A stretch of 64,000 nucleotides of DNA. It comes from an uncultured bacterium (GTDB taxonomy: Bacteria; Verrucomicrobiota; Kiritimatiellia; RFP12; UBA1067). Where the stretch lies: contig URIT01000001.1 in the NCBI GenBank assembly GCA_900547945.1, positions 25,758 through 89,757 on the forward strand, given 5' to 3'. Position numbers and translations under genes: made by a program. Positions 39,439 to 48,115 of the stretch are shown here, one piece after another. The notes beneath the pieces are model-generated. The model was not told the DNA's origin and ran no database searches. It saw nothing but the letters and a program-made list of their open reading frames with translations. Positions within the stretch are counted from its first letter, which is position 1. Each line of letters opens with the position of its first letter.

Positions 39439-40785
39439 ATGAAACGGTTTCTCACGTGTGGACTTCTTCTTTCGCTCGCCGCCCCGCTGCTGGCCGGGAT
39501 GACGGCGCAGACCTCCTGGACGCAGCGGTGGCCCTGGGAGACGCGCGTCGACGTCGACGTCGCCCTCGCGGGCGGCGCGAAATGCGACCTCGCCGTCACG
39601 GCCTCGTTCAGGACGAACGGCGTGCCCGTCACGCTCGACCTCGAACAGGCGGGCCTGGAAGGGGACATCTGGGAGCTGACGCCCGGCTACCACCACCTCG
39701 TCTGGGATCCCGCCAAGGCCGGGTTCGACGTGCAGGCGCTGACGGACTTCTCCGTGACGGCGACGCCCGTCGAAGACGCCGCCGCACGGCGCGCCTGGCT
39801 CGTCTTCGACGTCGCGACGGGGCGATACGACTACCTCGGCGAAGAGGCGGCGCCCGCCGGCGGCTGGGGCCAGGATCGTGCGTACGCGAAGGAGAAGATC
39901 GTCTTCCGGCGCATCCCCGCCGGGACGTTCACGCTCGGCTACACGCCCGAGCAGATCGCGCGCCTGAAGGCGCTCTCGTCCCCCCGCAACCCTTCGCTCC
40001 TGAAGGCCCGCGAGGTGACGCTGACGAGCGACTACTACATCTCGATCTACCAGATCACGGGCGGCCAGATCAACCGTGTGGATCCAAGGGCGTCTTCGGC
40101 GGACAGCACGAGCGGGTGGTGCGGCGACAAGCGGCAGGGGATCGGCTGCGGCCGCCACTGCTTTCTGCGCGGCAGCAACGCCGTGGAGGGCGTCTGCTGG
40201 CCCGACACGAAGTTCCGCGTCACGCCGGACTCGTGGATCGGGCGCTTCCGCGCCCGCAGCGGCGGGCGGCTCATGTTCGACCTCCCCACGTGCGCGCAGT
40301 GGCAACGGGCGGCGCGCCCCGATGCGCAGTGGATCTGGTACGTCACGCCCCAGTATGGCGGCGGTACGGTGGCGGACGATGCCGAGACGCTCACGAACGT
40401 CGTTGGCGCGATCAGCCACACGATCGTGGAGCTGGAGAGGCATCCGGACGGCAACTGGTGGAATCCGCCAGGACGCTCCGGGCAGTACCAGCCGAACGCC
40501 TTCGGCCTCTGCGACCTCGTCGGCAGCCGCGTCGAGACCGTCCTCGACCAGTCTGCCGGCGCCGCCGACTCGACGGAGGCGCGCGACCCCGTCGGATCTT
40601 CCAGCGATCCCACGTACCGGATGCGCCTCAACTCCACCGTCAATACGCAGTCGCTGGGGGGCTGGTCGCTCGCGGCCTTCGGATCGGCCCCCGGCGACGG
40701 CGACCTCAATTCGGACACGATGGACAACTTCCGCCTCGTCATCCACCTGCGCCCGCCGGAGAGCTTCGGCGGCATGTGGGAGTGA
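39439..40785 (+). CDS. secreted FGE-sulfatase domain protein, paralog 2
   Basis: IVFRRIPAGTFTLGYT, CFLRGSNAVEG, YQPNAFGLCDLVGSRVETVLDQ. Clear paralog of 38067..39419. Confidence 0.65.
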   Translation: MKRFLTCGLLLSLAAPLLAGMTAQTSWTQRWPWETRVDVDVALAGGAKCDLAVTASFRTNGVPVTLDLEQAGLEGDIWELTPGYHHLVWDPAKAGFDVQALTDFSVTATPVEDAAARRAWLVFDVATGRYDYLGEEAAPAGGWGQDRAYAKEKIVFRRIPAGTFTLGYTPEQIARLKALSSPRNPSLLKAREVTLTSDYYISIYQITGGQINRVDPRASSADSTSGWCGDKRQGIGCGRHCFLRGSNAVEGVCWPDTKFRVTPDSWIGRFRARSGGRLMFDLPTCAQWQRAARPDAQWIWYVTPQYGGGTVADDAETLTNVVGAISHTIVELERHPDGNWWNPPGRSGQYQPNAFGLCDLVGSRVETVLDQSAGAADSTEARDPVGSSSDPTYRMRLNSTVNTQSLGGWSLAAFGSAPGDGDLNSDTMDNFRLVIHLRPPESFGGMWE

Positions 40786-40962
40786 GGGAGAAGGGGGGCT
40801 TTGGCGCGGGGGCATCGCCGGGTCGGTACGCGGCGTGTCGACGCGCGAAGTACTCGCGCCGCCCTCGGCGCGGGACGTCGGTGCGTGCCCCGCGCGGTTC
40901 TCCTCGTCGACATCTGAAAAAACAACACCCTTATCCAGATTTTTTTTTCATGGGAAACGGGG

Positions 40963-41000
40963 TTCGTCAAAACATCGGGACAAGGGATGCCCCGATGTTT
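40963..41000 (+). terminator. hairpin terminator-like structure
   Basis: aacatcggg-acaagggatg-cccgatgtt perfect 9-bp stem followed by gatgcttttg. A T(9) run lies at 40940..40948. Confidence 0.35.
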
Positions 41001-41217
41001 GATGCTTTTGAGAGGCTGCCGAGAAAGACCCGGGGAGGGCCGCAATTCATCGCGTCCGAACGCATCACGCCGCGAGGAGGGCCGCGATTGCCGAACCCGC
41101 CGCGCGACGGGTTTCAAGCAAGATACGATACAGCCTTCTGAAGAGATTATTACGCAGTGAAATCTCATCTTGCGGCGGCGCGGGTCCTTCGCGCGCCGGG
41201 TCCATACTTGACAAAAT

Positions 41218-41248
41218 GAAAAGTGGGATAATATACTCTGTACATATG
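41218..41248 (+). promoter_or_regulatory. strong sigma70-like promoter (TTGACA ... GATAATATACT) for the 41295 gene
   Basis: Perfect -35 TTGACA at 41218..41223. AT-rich -10 region (TAATAT/TATACT) 15 to 19 nt downstream. Confidence 0.45.
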
Positions 41249-41294
41249 GCCGACATTGTACCGATTCGGTACGTCCACGAAAGGAGAAAAGACG

Positions 41295-44200
41295 ATGACG
41301 AGCATTCGACAGGGGGCGGCGGGCGTCCTCGCGGGTATGTTGGCAGGCGTACTGTCGGCATATGGGGCGGAGGTCACGATTTCCGGTTCTGCCGGGACGT
41401 CCGGCACGGTGAGCTTCAACGGTGGCGCGCCCTCCCAGACGGTGCAGATTTCCGTCGAGGAGGGGACACGTGTAAACGTTGTCGCGGCAGCGGACGATGA
41501 GCATGCCTTCTCGCATTGGACGGGAGACGTCGACGCGGTGTGCGAGGGCGGCGCCTTACAGTCCAACATCGTCGTACAGGCGCGTGCAGGGCTGTCGCTC
41601 ACGGCGGTGTTCGGTCTGCGGAACAGGCTGGATTCCGGCGATCTGCGTCCGCACGGCTACCTGAACCGATTCACGCAGAAGGACGACGGCAGCTGGAGCG
41701 CGGCGTGGACGGATGGGCCGTGGGCCAAGAACCCCACATGGTGGCTGGACGGCTACGTGCCGACAAACCAGAACGACGTTCTCCATTTCCAGAATTGGCA
41801 ACAGCCCGATTCCCTGTTCCATGCCTGGATCGACTGGCCGAGCGGGGATTGGACGCTGGGAACAATTGCGGACTCGTCGCCGCAGAGCAAGTTCAACCTC
41901 GCTTCGGGGTGGGGACACTACCTCTACATCCAGAACCAGGAGAACTCGCACGCGCGCTGGCAGCATGAAGTCAACACCATGGGGGGATTCGGCACGACGG
42001 ACGCGAACACGCCCCACCGCGTCAACCGCGTCTGGGCCGCGACGGCGCTTGGCATCAACACGGCGAAGGCGGACCATGAACTCATCATCCAAGAACTTTC
42101 GGGCGGCGGATACGTCCGCAAGGTCGGGCCGGGCCGCCTCACGCTTGAACAGCCAAGCGCGGGCGGGCTTCGCCTGGAACAGGGATGCGTCGATCTCGGG
42201 ATCGCCGATGCGGAGGCCGGCTACGTGCCGGGGGCGTATGGCCAGTACGATGCCGCCGCGACGGACACGATGACGTGGGCGGTCGCGCCGGACGGAAAGG
42301 AACGCCTGACCGTCTGGAAGGACGTGAACGGGACACGGGACCGATATGGCAACGCCGTCCGCCTGACGGCCCCCTACCCGGTCTGGCAGACGGGATGGAC
42401 CAACATCTGGTACGGTCCCGTCCGGGGGACGAAGACGGTGCGCGGCGTTCCGCTTCTTGACTTCGGCGCCTATACCTACGGCGCCACGGCGGACAACGGC
42501 GGCACGTTTGTGGACGATTCCTACTATCCCGGAGAACGGGCGGCGCTGGGTGTGGGCGCGGGCCTCAATGTCGGCAGTGCCTACGAGGACGTGCGCACGG
42601 TCTTCATGGCGTTCGAATATCCGTCGCGGGGCGGCACGCAAAGCCCGGTCTCCTTTTGGGAAAGGGGGGCTGGTGGTTCGCGCACGATGGTCGTCAAGGC
42701 AAGTGGAGACGGCTTGATGGCTTCGAGCAACGACGATCTGAAGTTTCGAGGGGCCTTCTACGAGAACGGCGCCCCCTTCAAGAGCGAAGTCAACCAGAAC
42801 CACAGCTATCGCGATGGCCATGCGTTTTCCGTCATCGCGGGCTGTGTGACGAACAACGGCCCGTCCGTCCCGTTCTGGCACATGGGCATGCAGCCCGGTC
42901 TCCGGCTGGCGGGCGGCATCCGCGTGGCGGAGGCGCTTGTCTACACGAATTCCCTCACCGAGGCCGAGATCGCCCGGAACAACCTCTGGATGCAGAGGAA
43001 GTGGCACGACCGCACGGTCAACGACGTCTATCCCTGGTCGCTCGACTACCTCTTCCTCTGCAGCGTGGACGACAGCGCGGAGATCCGCGTGGATGCGGGC
43101 AGGACCGCCGCGATCCGCACCGTCCATCGCCCCGTCTGGTCGTCGCTCGCGGGGCGTCCCCTTGTGAAGACGGGTGACGGCATGTTGGAGCTTGACCGCT
43201 GCTCGACGAATCTCGACCTCGTGGTGAAGGGGGGCCGCGTTCGCTTCATCCGCGAAACGGCGCAGATCGCCGATGCGCCAAGCCCGGCGCCACACGCCTA
43301 CTTCTGGGGCGATGCGACACGGACAGACCGTTTCGTCTTCGCGGCGGACAATCCGTCCAACATCGTCTGCTGGCTCGACTGCCGCGCGGACGCGCCGCAT
43401 GCGCTCACCAACTGGGTGGAGACGGCCCGGTTCGCCACGCTCAACGAGAATGGCCTTCGCGGTCTACCCTGCGTCGATTTCGGAACGGCCTTCGACGGTA
43501 CGGGGCCACGCCTCGCATTCACCTCGGCAACGAACACGTCCGGGAAAATAGGAGGGTACGTGCGCAACGTGGTGGATGGGTTCATCGTCTGGCGCAACAT
43601 CGCCGCGCCCGGCGTCAATCCCTATATTTTCTCGGACACCTGTGCGTATCCGGCGTTCACGCGCACGAAAGACTCGCTGCAGCCTGGGTACGGAACGTGG
43701 GCGGTGCAGTTCTCCCTGGAAAACTACACGTCGCAGTGGCGTGTGGACGGACGGCTGATGCATCCGGAAAACGAATTCAACGACCAGGGGCGCGTGGACT
43801 ACGTCATCGTGCGCTGCCGGGGCGCCGGAAAGCTCTGCATGAACCAGCTGGGCGGATTCCAGGATGCGGGCAAGGGCGGCGGTTGCCAGATCGCGGAAGT
43901 CATCTACTACGACTATGCGCTCTCCGACTTCGCCGCGCGCCAGACGGAAGCCTATCTGCTGAAGAAATGGAAGGGCATGATGCATCCCGACGCCTGTCCC
44001 GAACAGGACCGCATCGATTCGCTCGTCTTCGACGGCGCGCGGCCTGTCCTGGAGACGGCCAGCGACCGGGGCTTTGGGCGCATCGCCGGTTCGGGCACGC
44101 TCGTGAAGACAGGGACGGGATGCGTGACAGTCGGCACGTTGGAAGGGTTCTCGCGCGTGGACGTGCAGGAGGGCGGTTTTGCCTACGCGGCCGATGGCGC

Positions 44201-44498
44201 ACTGCCGTCCGAGCTGGTCTTCACGCTGCCCAAGGAGGGGACGCCGCAGTCGATGGTCACGGCTAGGGGAACCCTTGACCTTGCGTCGCTCACGTCGGTG
44301 CGCATCGACGTAGAAGGGGGCGAAAAGCCGGTTTTCGGCCTGTATCCGCTCGTCGCCGCCGAGGCGTTCACCGGTGACATCGGGGGTGTTGAGGTCGTGT
44401 CGAACGTCAAGGGGCTTGTGTCCGTCTCGCTCGTCCTCGTCAAGGGACGCATGTGCGTCAACTTCGCGCCCAAGGGTACGGCCTTGATCGTCCGTTAG
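41295..44498 (+). CDS. large secreted surface protein (PATR-repeat/LamG-like family), paralog of the 1202 gene
   Basis: Signal peptide MTSIRQGAAGVLAGMLAGVLSAYGAEV. RBS AAGGAG. C-terminus ...KGTALIVR. 1067 aa. Confidence 0.55.
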   Translation: MTSIRQGAAGVLAGMLAGVLSAYGAEVTISGSAGTSGTVSFNGGAPSQTVQISVEEGTRVNVVAAADDEHAFSHWTGDVDAVCEGGALQSNIVVQARAGLSLTAVFGLRNRLDSGDLRPHGYLNRFTQKDDGSWSAAWTDGPWAKNPTWWLDGYVPTNQNDVLHFQNWQQPDSLFHAWIDWPSGDWTLGTIADSSPQSKFNLASGWGHYLYIQNQENSHARWQHEVNTMGGFGTTDANTPHRVNRVWAATALGINTAKADHELIIQELSGGGYVRKVGPGRLTLEQPSAGGLRLEQGCVDLGIADAEAGYVPGAYGQYDAAATDTMTWAVAPDGKERLTVWKDVNGTRDRYGNAVRLTAPYPVWQTGWTNIWYGPVRGTKTVRGVPLLDFGAYTYGATADNGGTFVDDSYYPGERAALGVGAGLNVGSAYEDVRTVFMAFEYPSRGGTQSPVSFWERGAGGSRTMVVKASGDGLMASSNDDLKFRGAFYENGAPFKSEVNQNHSYRDGHAFSVIAGCVTNNGPSVPFWHMGMQPGLRLAGGIRVAEALVYTNSLTEAEIARNNLWMQRKWHDRTVNDVYPWSLDYLFLCSVDDSAEIRVDAGRTAAIRTVHRPVWSSLAGRPLVKTGDGMLELDRCSTNLDLVVKGGRVRFIRETAQIADAPSPAPHAYFWGDATRTDRFVFAADNPSNIVCWLDCRADAPHALTNWVETARFATLNENGLRGLPCVDFGTAFDGTGPRLAFTSATNTSGKIGGYVRNVVDGFIVWRNIAAPGVNPYIFSDTCAYPAFTRTKDSLQPGYGTWAVQFSLENYTSQWRVDGRLMHPENEFNDQGRVDYVIVRCRGAGKLCMNQLGGFQDAGKGGGCQIAEVIYYDYALSDFAARQTEAYLLKKWKGMMHPDACPEQDRIDSLVFDGARPVLETASDRGFGRIAGSGTLVKTGTGCVTVGTLEGFSRVDVQEGGFAYAADGALPSELVFTLPKEGTPQSMVTARGTLDLASLTSVRIDVEGGEKPVFGLYPLVAAEAFTGDIGGVEVVSNVKGLVSVSLVLVKGRMCVNFAPKGTALIVR

Positions 44499-44570
44499 CG
44501 CCAACCTCGAAAAACCCCGTGTCTTCGTGTCTCCACGCGCTCCGTGTTAACCGGCCGGAGGGCGCATGGC

Positions 44571-44598
44571 GCGGACGCGACAGGCGCGTCCCTCCCGC
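44571..44598. repeat. REP-like element abutting the rarA stop codon
   Basis: gcggacgcgacaggcgcgtccctcccgc. Confidence 0.7.
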
Positions 44599-45875
44599 TA
44601 GAACGCCCCCTTGAGCATTTCCATCCTCTTGGCGATCGTCGCCTCGTAGCCCTGGTCCGAGGGGATGTAATAGGTCTCCGGGATGCGCAGATAGGCCTGT
44701 TTCACCCAGGCGTCCTTGTAGGCGTGTGGATATTTGTAGCCGTCGTTCCGTTCGGCTCCGATGGCCTTCACGTGGACGTTCTTGAGATGTTCGGGGACGG
44801 GCTGGACGGCGCCCGTCTCGACGTCGTGCATCGCCTTCTCCAGCGCCTCGTAGGAGCGGTTTGACTTCGGCGCCGTCGCGAGGTAGGTCGTGGCCTGGGC
44901 GAGCGCGATGCGCGCCTCGGGCATGCCGACGAACTCGACGGCCTGAAGGGCGCCGACGGCCACGGTGAGGCCGCGTGGGTCGGCGTTGCCGATGTCCTCG
45001 GAGGCGGAGATGACAAGGCGGCGCGCGATGAAGCGGGGATCCTCGCCGGCGACGAGCATCTTCGCGAGCCAGTAGAGCGCGGCGTCGGGATCGGAGCCGC
45101 GAATCGACTTGATGAACGCGCTGATCGTGTCGTAGTGGCCGTCCTCCTTCTTGTCGTACTGCACGACGCGGCGCTGGACGCATTCCTGGATGACGTCGAG
45201 CGTGAGGTGCGTGACGCCGTCAGGAGAAGGGGGGGTCGAGCGCACGGCGACCTCAAGGGCCGTGAGGGCGTGGCGTCCGTCGCCGTCGCAGATTTCGGCG
45301 AGGAACTGCCGTGCGTCGGGGGCGAGCGCGACGGGGATGTCGCCATAGCCGCGTTCCCTGTCCGCCAGCGCCCGGTCCAGCAGCACGCCCGTCTCGTCGG
45401 GCGTGAGGGGCTTCAGCTCGAAGACGAGCGAACGGCTCGTGAGCGGCGTGTTGACGAACATCGAGGGATTGTGCGTGGTGGCGCCGATGAGGACGACCGT
45501 GCCGTCCTCGACGTACGGGAGCAGGACATCCTGCTGGGCCTTGTTGAAGCGGTGGATCTCGTCGACGAAGAGGATCGTGCCGGGTCCGCCGAGTTCGGTG
45601 CGCGCGCGGTCGCAGACCTTGCGGATGTCCGCGACGTTCGAGACGACGCCCGAACAGCGCACGAAGTTCCGGTGCGTCGTCTTCGCGATGACCTCGGCGA
45701 GCGTCGTCTTGCCGCAGCCGGGTGGACCGAACAGGATGATGTTCGTGAGACGGTCCGCCTCGATGACGCGCCGGAGCAGCTTGCCGTCGCCGAGGATGTG
45801 GCGCTGGCCCACCACCTCGTCAAGCGTGCGCGGACGCATCCGCGCCGCCAGGGGTTCTGTCGAATGGACGTTCAC
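44598..45875 (-). CDS. rarA: replication-associated recombination protein A (AAA+ ATPase)
   Basis: ILFGPPGCGKTTLA Walker A, ILFVDEIHRFNKAQQD, C-terminal MgsA domain. 425 aa. Confidence 0.85.
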   Translation of the reverse strand: MNVHSTEPLAARMRPRTLDEVVGQRHILGDGKLLRRVIEADRLTNIILFGPPGCGKTTLAEVIAKTTHRNFVRCSGVVSNVADIRKVCDRARTELGGPGTILFVDEIHRFNKAQQDVLLPYVEDGTVVLIGATTHNPSMFVNTPLTSRSLVFELKPLTPDETGVLLDRALADRERGYGDIPVALAPDARQFLAEICDGDGRHALTALEVAVRSTPPSPDGVTHLTLDVIQECVQRRVVQYDKKEDGHYDTISAFIKSIRGSDPDAALYWLAKMLVAGEDPRFIARRLVISASEDIGNADPRGLTVAVGALQAVEFVGMPEARIALAQATTYLATAPKSNRSYEALEKAMHDVETGAVQPVPEHLKNVHVKAIGAERNDGYKYPHAYKDAWVKQAYLRIPETYYIPSDQGYEATIAKRMEMLKGAF

Positions 45876-46008
45876 GGAGAAGAGTATAGCATAATTATCC
45901 GCACAGCCGTCTAGTTGACATAATGCTTATTATGCGCAAGTTGTGATTCCGCTTGCGGGCGAGTATCGGAACTGGTAAAATGACCACCAAACCAATGAGG
46001 TGCAATAT

Positions 46009-47352
46009 ATGAACGACGAACAGTTTCAGTCAGCCGCAGGCGAACCGGGAAACAAAGCCGCCGGACAAAACGGCGGCACGACGGCGCTCCGGATCTTCGA
46101 CCAGGCGAACGGGATGAACGACTTCCCCGTCCTCAAGGCGTTCCAGGAGTACATCGAGGCCGAACAGGCGCGCGCGCGCAAACGGACGCTGGGGCTTTCG
46201 ATTTTCTTCATCGTGCTTCTCGTCGTGGTCGTCGTGACATTCGCCGTGATCATGGCGGCGGTCATCAACCGTGACCAGCAGAGCCTCCAGGCGATCGCCA
46301 CCCGGAACCAGGCCCTCTCGGACAAGCTGCTGGACATCGCGCTGCGCGAGCGGACGCCCGCCGCCCAGCCCGTCGTCAACGTGCAGCAGCCGCCCGCCGC
46401 CGTCCATCCCGACACTGGCGCCCAGGCGCTCAAGCCCGTCCTCGACCGTCTCGAATCCCTGACGGAGGCCCTGAAGAAGCAGCCCGCCGGGACGGCTCCG
46501 CAGCCGGTTCCGATGGTCCAGCCCGCCGCCCCGCAGCCCCTTCCAGCCGCCGTCTCGCCGGAACTGGAAGCCGCCCGGCGGCAACAGGACGAGCTTGCGC
46601 GCCAGCGCGCGGCGGTTGCCGCCGAGCGCGCGCGCCTCAGGGAGGAGCAGGAACAGCTGCGCCGCGACCGCATCGAGCAGCACCGTCGCCGCCTCTATCC
46701 CGACTACTATGCGCGCGAAGACGCGCAGAAGACCGCCGCCGAAGTGCCGCCGCCGCCGGCGAAGAAGAAGGGGACACCGACCGCCCTTCCCAAGCCGCCG
46801 CCCGCCGCCGTTGTGCCGGCGAAGCCCACGGTCGCGGAACCGCCGTCCGTTCCGGCTCCCGGCGCGAAGCCCAAGCCTGTCGCCCAGCCCAAGCCCGTGG
46901 CCAAGCCCGCACCTGTGGCGACGCCGCCCAAGCCGAAGGTCGTCGAGGCCCCGGCGGTCGATCTCAAGACGGCGAAGCCGATCAGCTACTTCGACGAGGC
47001 CGAGGACGCGCCGAAGCCGGCGTCGACATCCACCAAGATCCCTTCCCCTGGTGCGGTCCAACCGGACGCGACGAAGCGCGTCCCTCCCATTGGTTCGCCC
47101 CGACCGGACGCGACGAAGCGCGTCCCTCCCATTGGTTCGCCCCGACCGGACGCGACGGAGCGCGTCCCTCCCATACGTCAAGCTTCGCCTCTTCCGGGAG
47201 GGACGGGTTCTGTCCCGTCCGCACCCACGAAGGTCTTGCAACCGCCTCCGAAGAAGCAGCCCTCCGCGCGGACCGAAGTGCTGAACGTGGGTACGAAGGA
47301 CGGCGAGGCGATTCCCTGGCTCATCGAACTGCCGGAGGGCGGGGAGAAATAA
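46009..47352 (+). CDS. proline/alanine-rich single-pass membrane protein with coiled-coil; C-terminal repeats encoded by REP elements
   Basis: TM helix LGLSIFFIVLLVVVVVTFAVIMAAVI. Coiled-coil ELARQRAAVAAERARLREEQEQLRR. PAKP-rich region. Three times (R)PDATKRVPPIGSP, each encoded by one REP copy. Confidence 0.5.
   Translation: MNDEQFQSAAGEPGNKAAGQNGGTTALRIFDQANGMNDFPVLKAFQEYIEAEQARARKRTLGLSIFFIVLLVVVVVTFAVIMAAVINRDQQSLQAIATRNQALSDKLLDIALRERTPAAQPVVNVQQPPAAVHPDTGAQALKPVLDRLESLTEALKKQPAGTAPQPVPMVQPAAPQPLPAAVSPELEAARRQQDELARQRAAVAAERARLREEQEQLRRDRIEQHRRRLYPDYYAREDAQKTAAEVPPPPAKKKGTPTALPKPPPAAVVPAKPTVAEPPSVPAPGAKPKPVAQPKPVAKPAPVATPPKPKVVEAPAVDLKTAKPISYFDEAEDAPKPASTSTKIPSPGAVQPDATKRVPPIGSPRPDATKRVPPIGSPRPDATERVPPIRQASPLPGGTGSVPSAPTKVLQPPPKKQPSARTEVLNVGTKDGEAIPWLIELPEGGEK
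47062..47222. repeat. four REP-like elements (three direct plus one inverted compensatory-stem variant) inside the coding sequence
   Basis: 47062..47088, 47104..47130 and 47146..47172 ccggacgcgacgaagcgcgtccctccc; 47195..47222 gggagggacgggttctgtcccgtccgc (GGACGGG/CCCGTCC stem). Confidence 0.75.
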
Positions 47353-47415
47353 AGCGGTCGCCGACGCGATCTGGATTTAATACACTTGTTTCACTCAAAA
47401 TAAGGAGTTGAATAT

Positions 47416-48099
47416 ATGTCTCAGAAGGCAATGGTCTTCATTGACGGGGGATGGCTCTACCGGAGCCGTACGACCCTGTTCGCAAAGCTCGGGGAGGAGA
47501 ACTTCGAAATCGACTACGCGAAGCTCCCGAAGATCTTCTGCGAGGACGTGGCGAACAGGCTGGACGAAGACATTTCGCTCGTCCGCACGAACTACTTCGG
47601 CACGATTCCCTCCGCGCGGTCAGGCTTCAACACGTCGAAGCAGTACGCCTTCTACGACTTCCTGGAGCGCAGCTGCGGCTACGAGACCGAGATCCACGAG
47701 GTGGACGTGGGAACGGACGAGAACTGGATCAAGATGTCGCTCGCCTCGTCGCTTCTGTACTACGCGGCGCAGCCCGGCGCGTTCGATATCGCCCTTCTCA
47801 TCGGGGACGATCCGGACTACGCGCCCGTCCTGCGCCGGGCCCGACTCTTCGGCAAGCGCATCCAGATTGTCGGCGCCCATGATGCGGACGGGAAGGAACC
47901 GCCGCCGGCGGCGACGCTTGCAAGCCGTTCGCGCGTGGCGGACTTCCCCCTTCTCTGGATCGACGACCACGCTTCGGAAGTGCGCCTTGTCCGCGAGCGC
48001 GTCACCCGCGTCTGCAAGCAATGCGGCCGCGAAGAGGAGACGACCTGGGCAGGTCCAGAGTTCTTCTGCGTGGCCTGCCGCGGCCGTCACCGCAAGTAG
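47416..48099 (+). CDS. NYN (LabA-like, PIN-fold) domain protein with C-terminal Cys4 zinc ribbon
   Basis: VFIDGGWLY N-terminal NYN motif. LLIGDDPDYAPVL. CKQCG...CVAC. RBS AAGGAG. Confidence 0.6.
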   Translation: MSQKAMVFIDGGWLYRSRTTLFAKLGEENFEIDYAKLPKIFCEDVANRLDEDISLVRTNYFGTIPSARSGFNTSKQYAFYDFLERSCGYETEIHEVDVGTDENWIKMSLASSLLYYAAQPGAFDIALLIGDDPDYAPVLRRARLFGKRIQIVGAHDADGKEPPPAATLASRSRVADFPLLWIDDHASEVRLVRERVTRVCKQCGREEETTWAGPEFFCVACRGRHRK

Positions 48100-48115
48100 G
48101 GGCGGCGCGCCCTTC

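Noticed and set aside
40950-41141. 64-aa ORF (MGNGVRQNIGTRD...) between the FGE paralog and the 41295 gene
   Set aside because: Spans a terminator hairpin and two degenerate REP copies. No RBS. Likely non-coding.
46000-46008. GTG start at 46000 for the proline-rich protein
   Set aside because: ATG at 46009 has better RBS spacing (GAGG 9 nt upstream). The difference is trivial.
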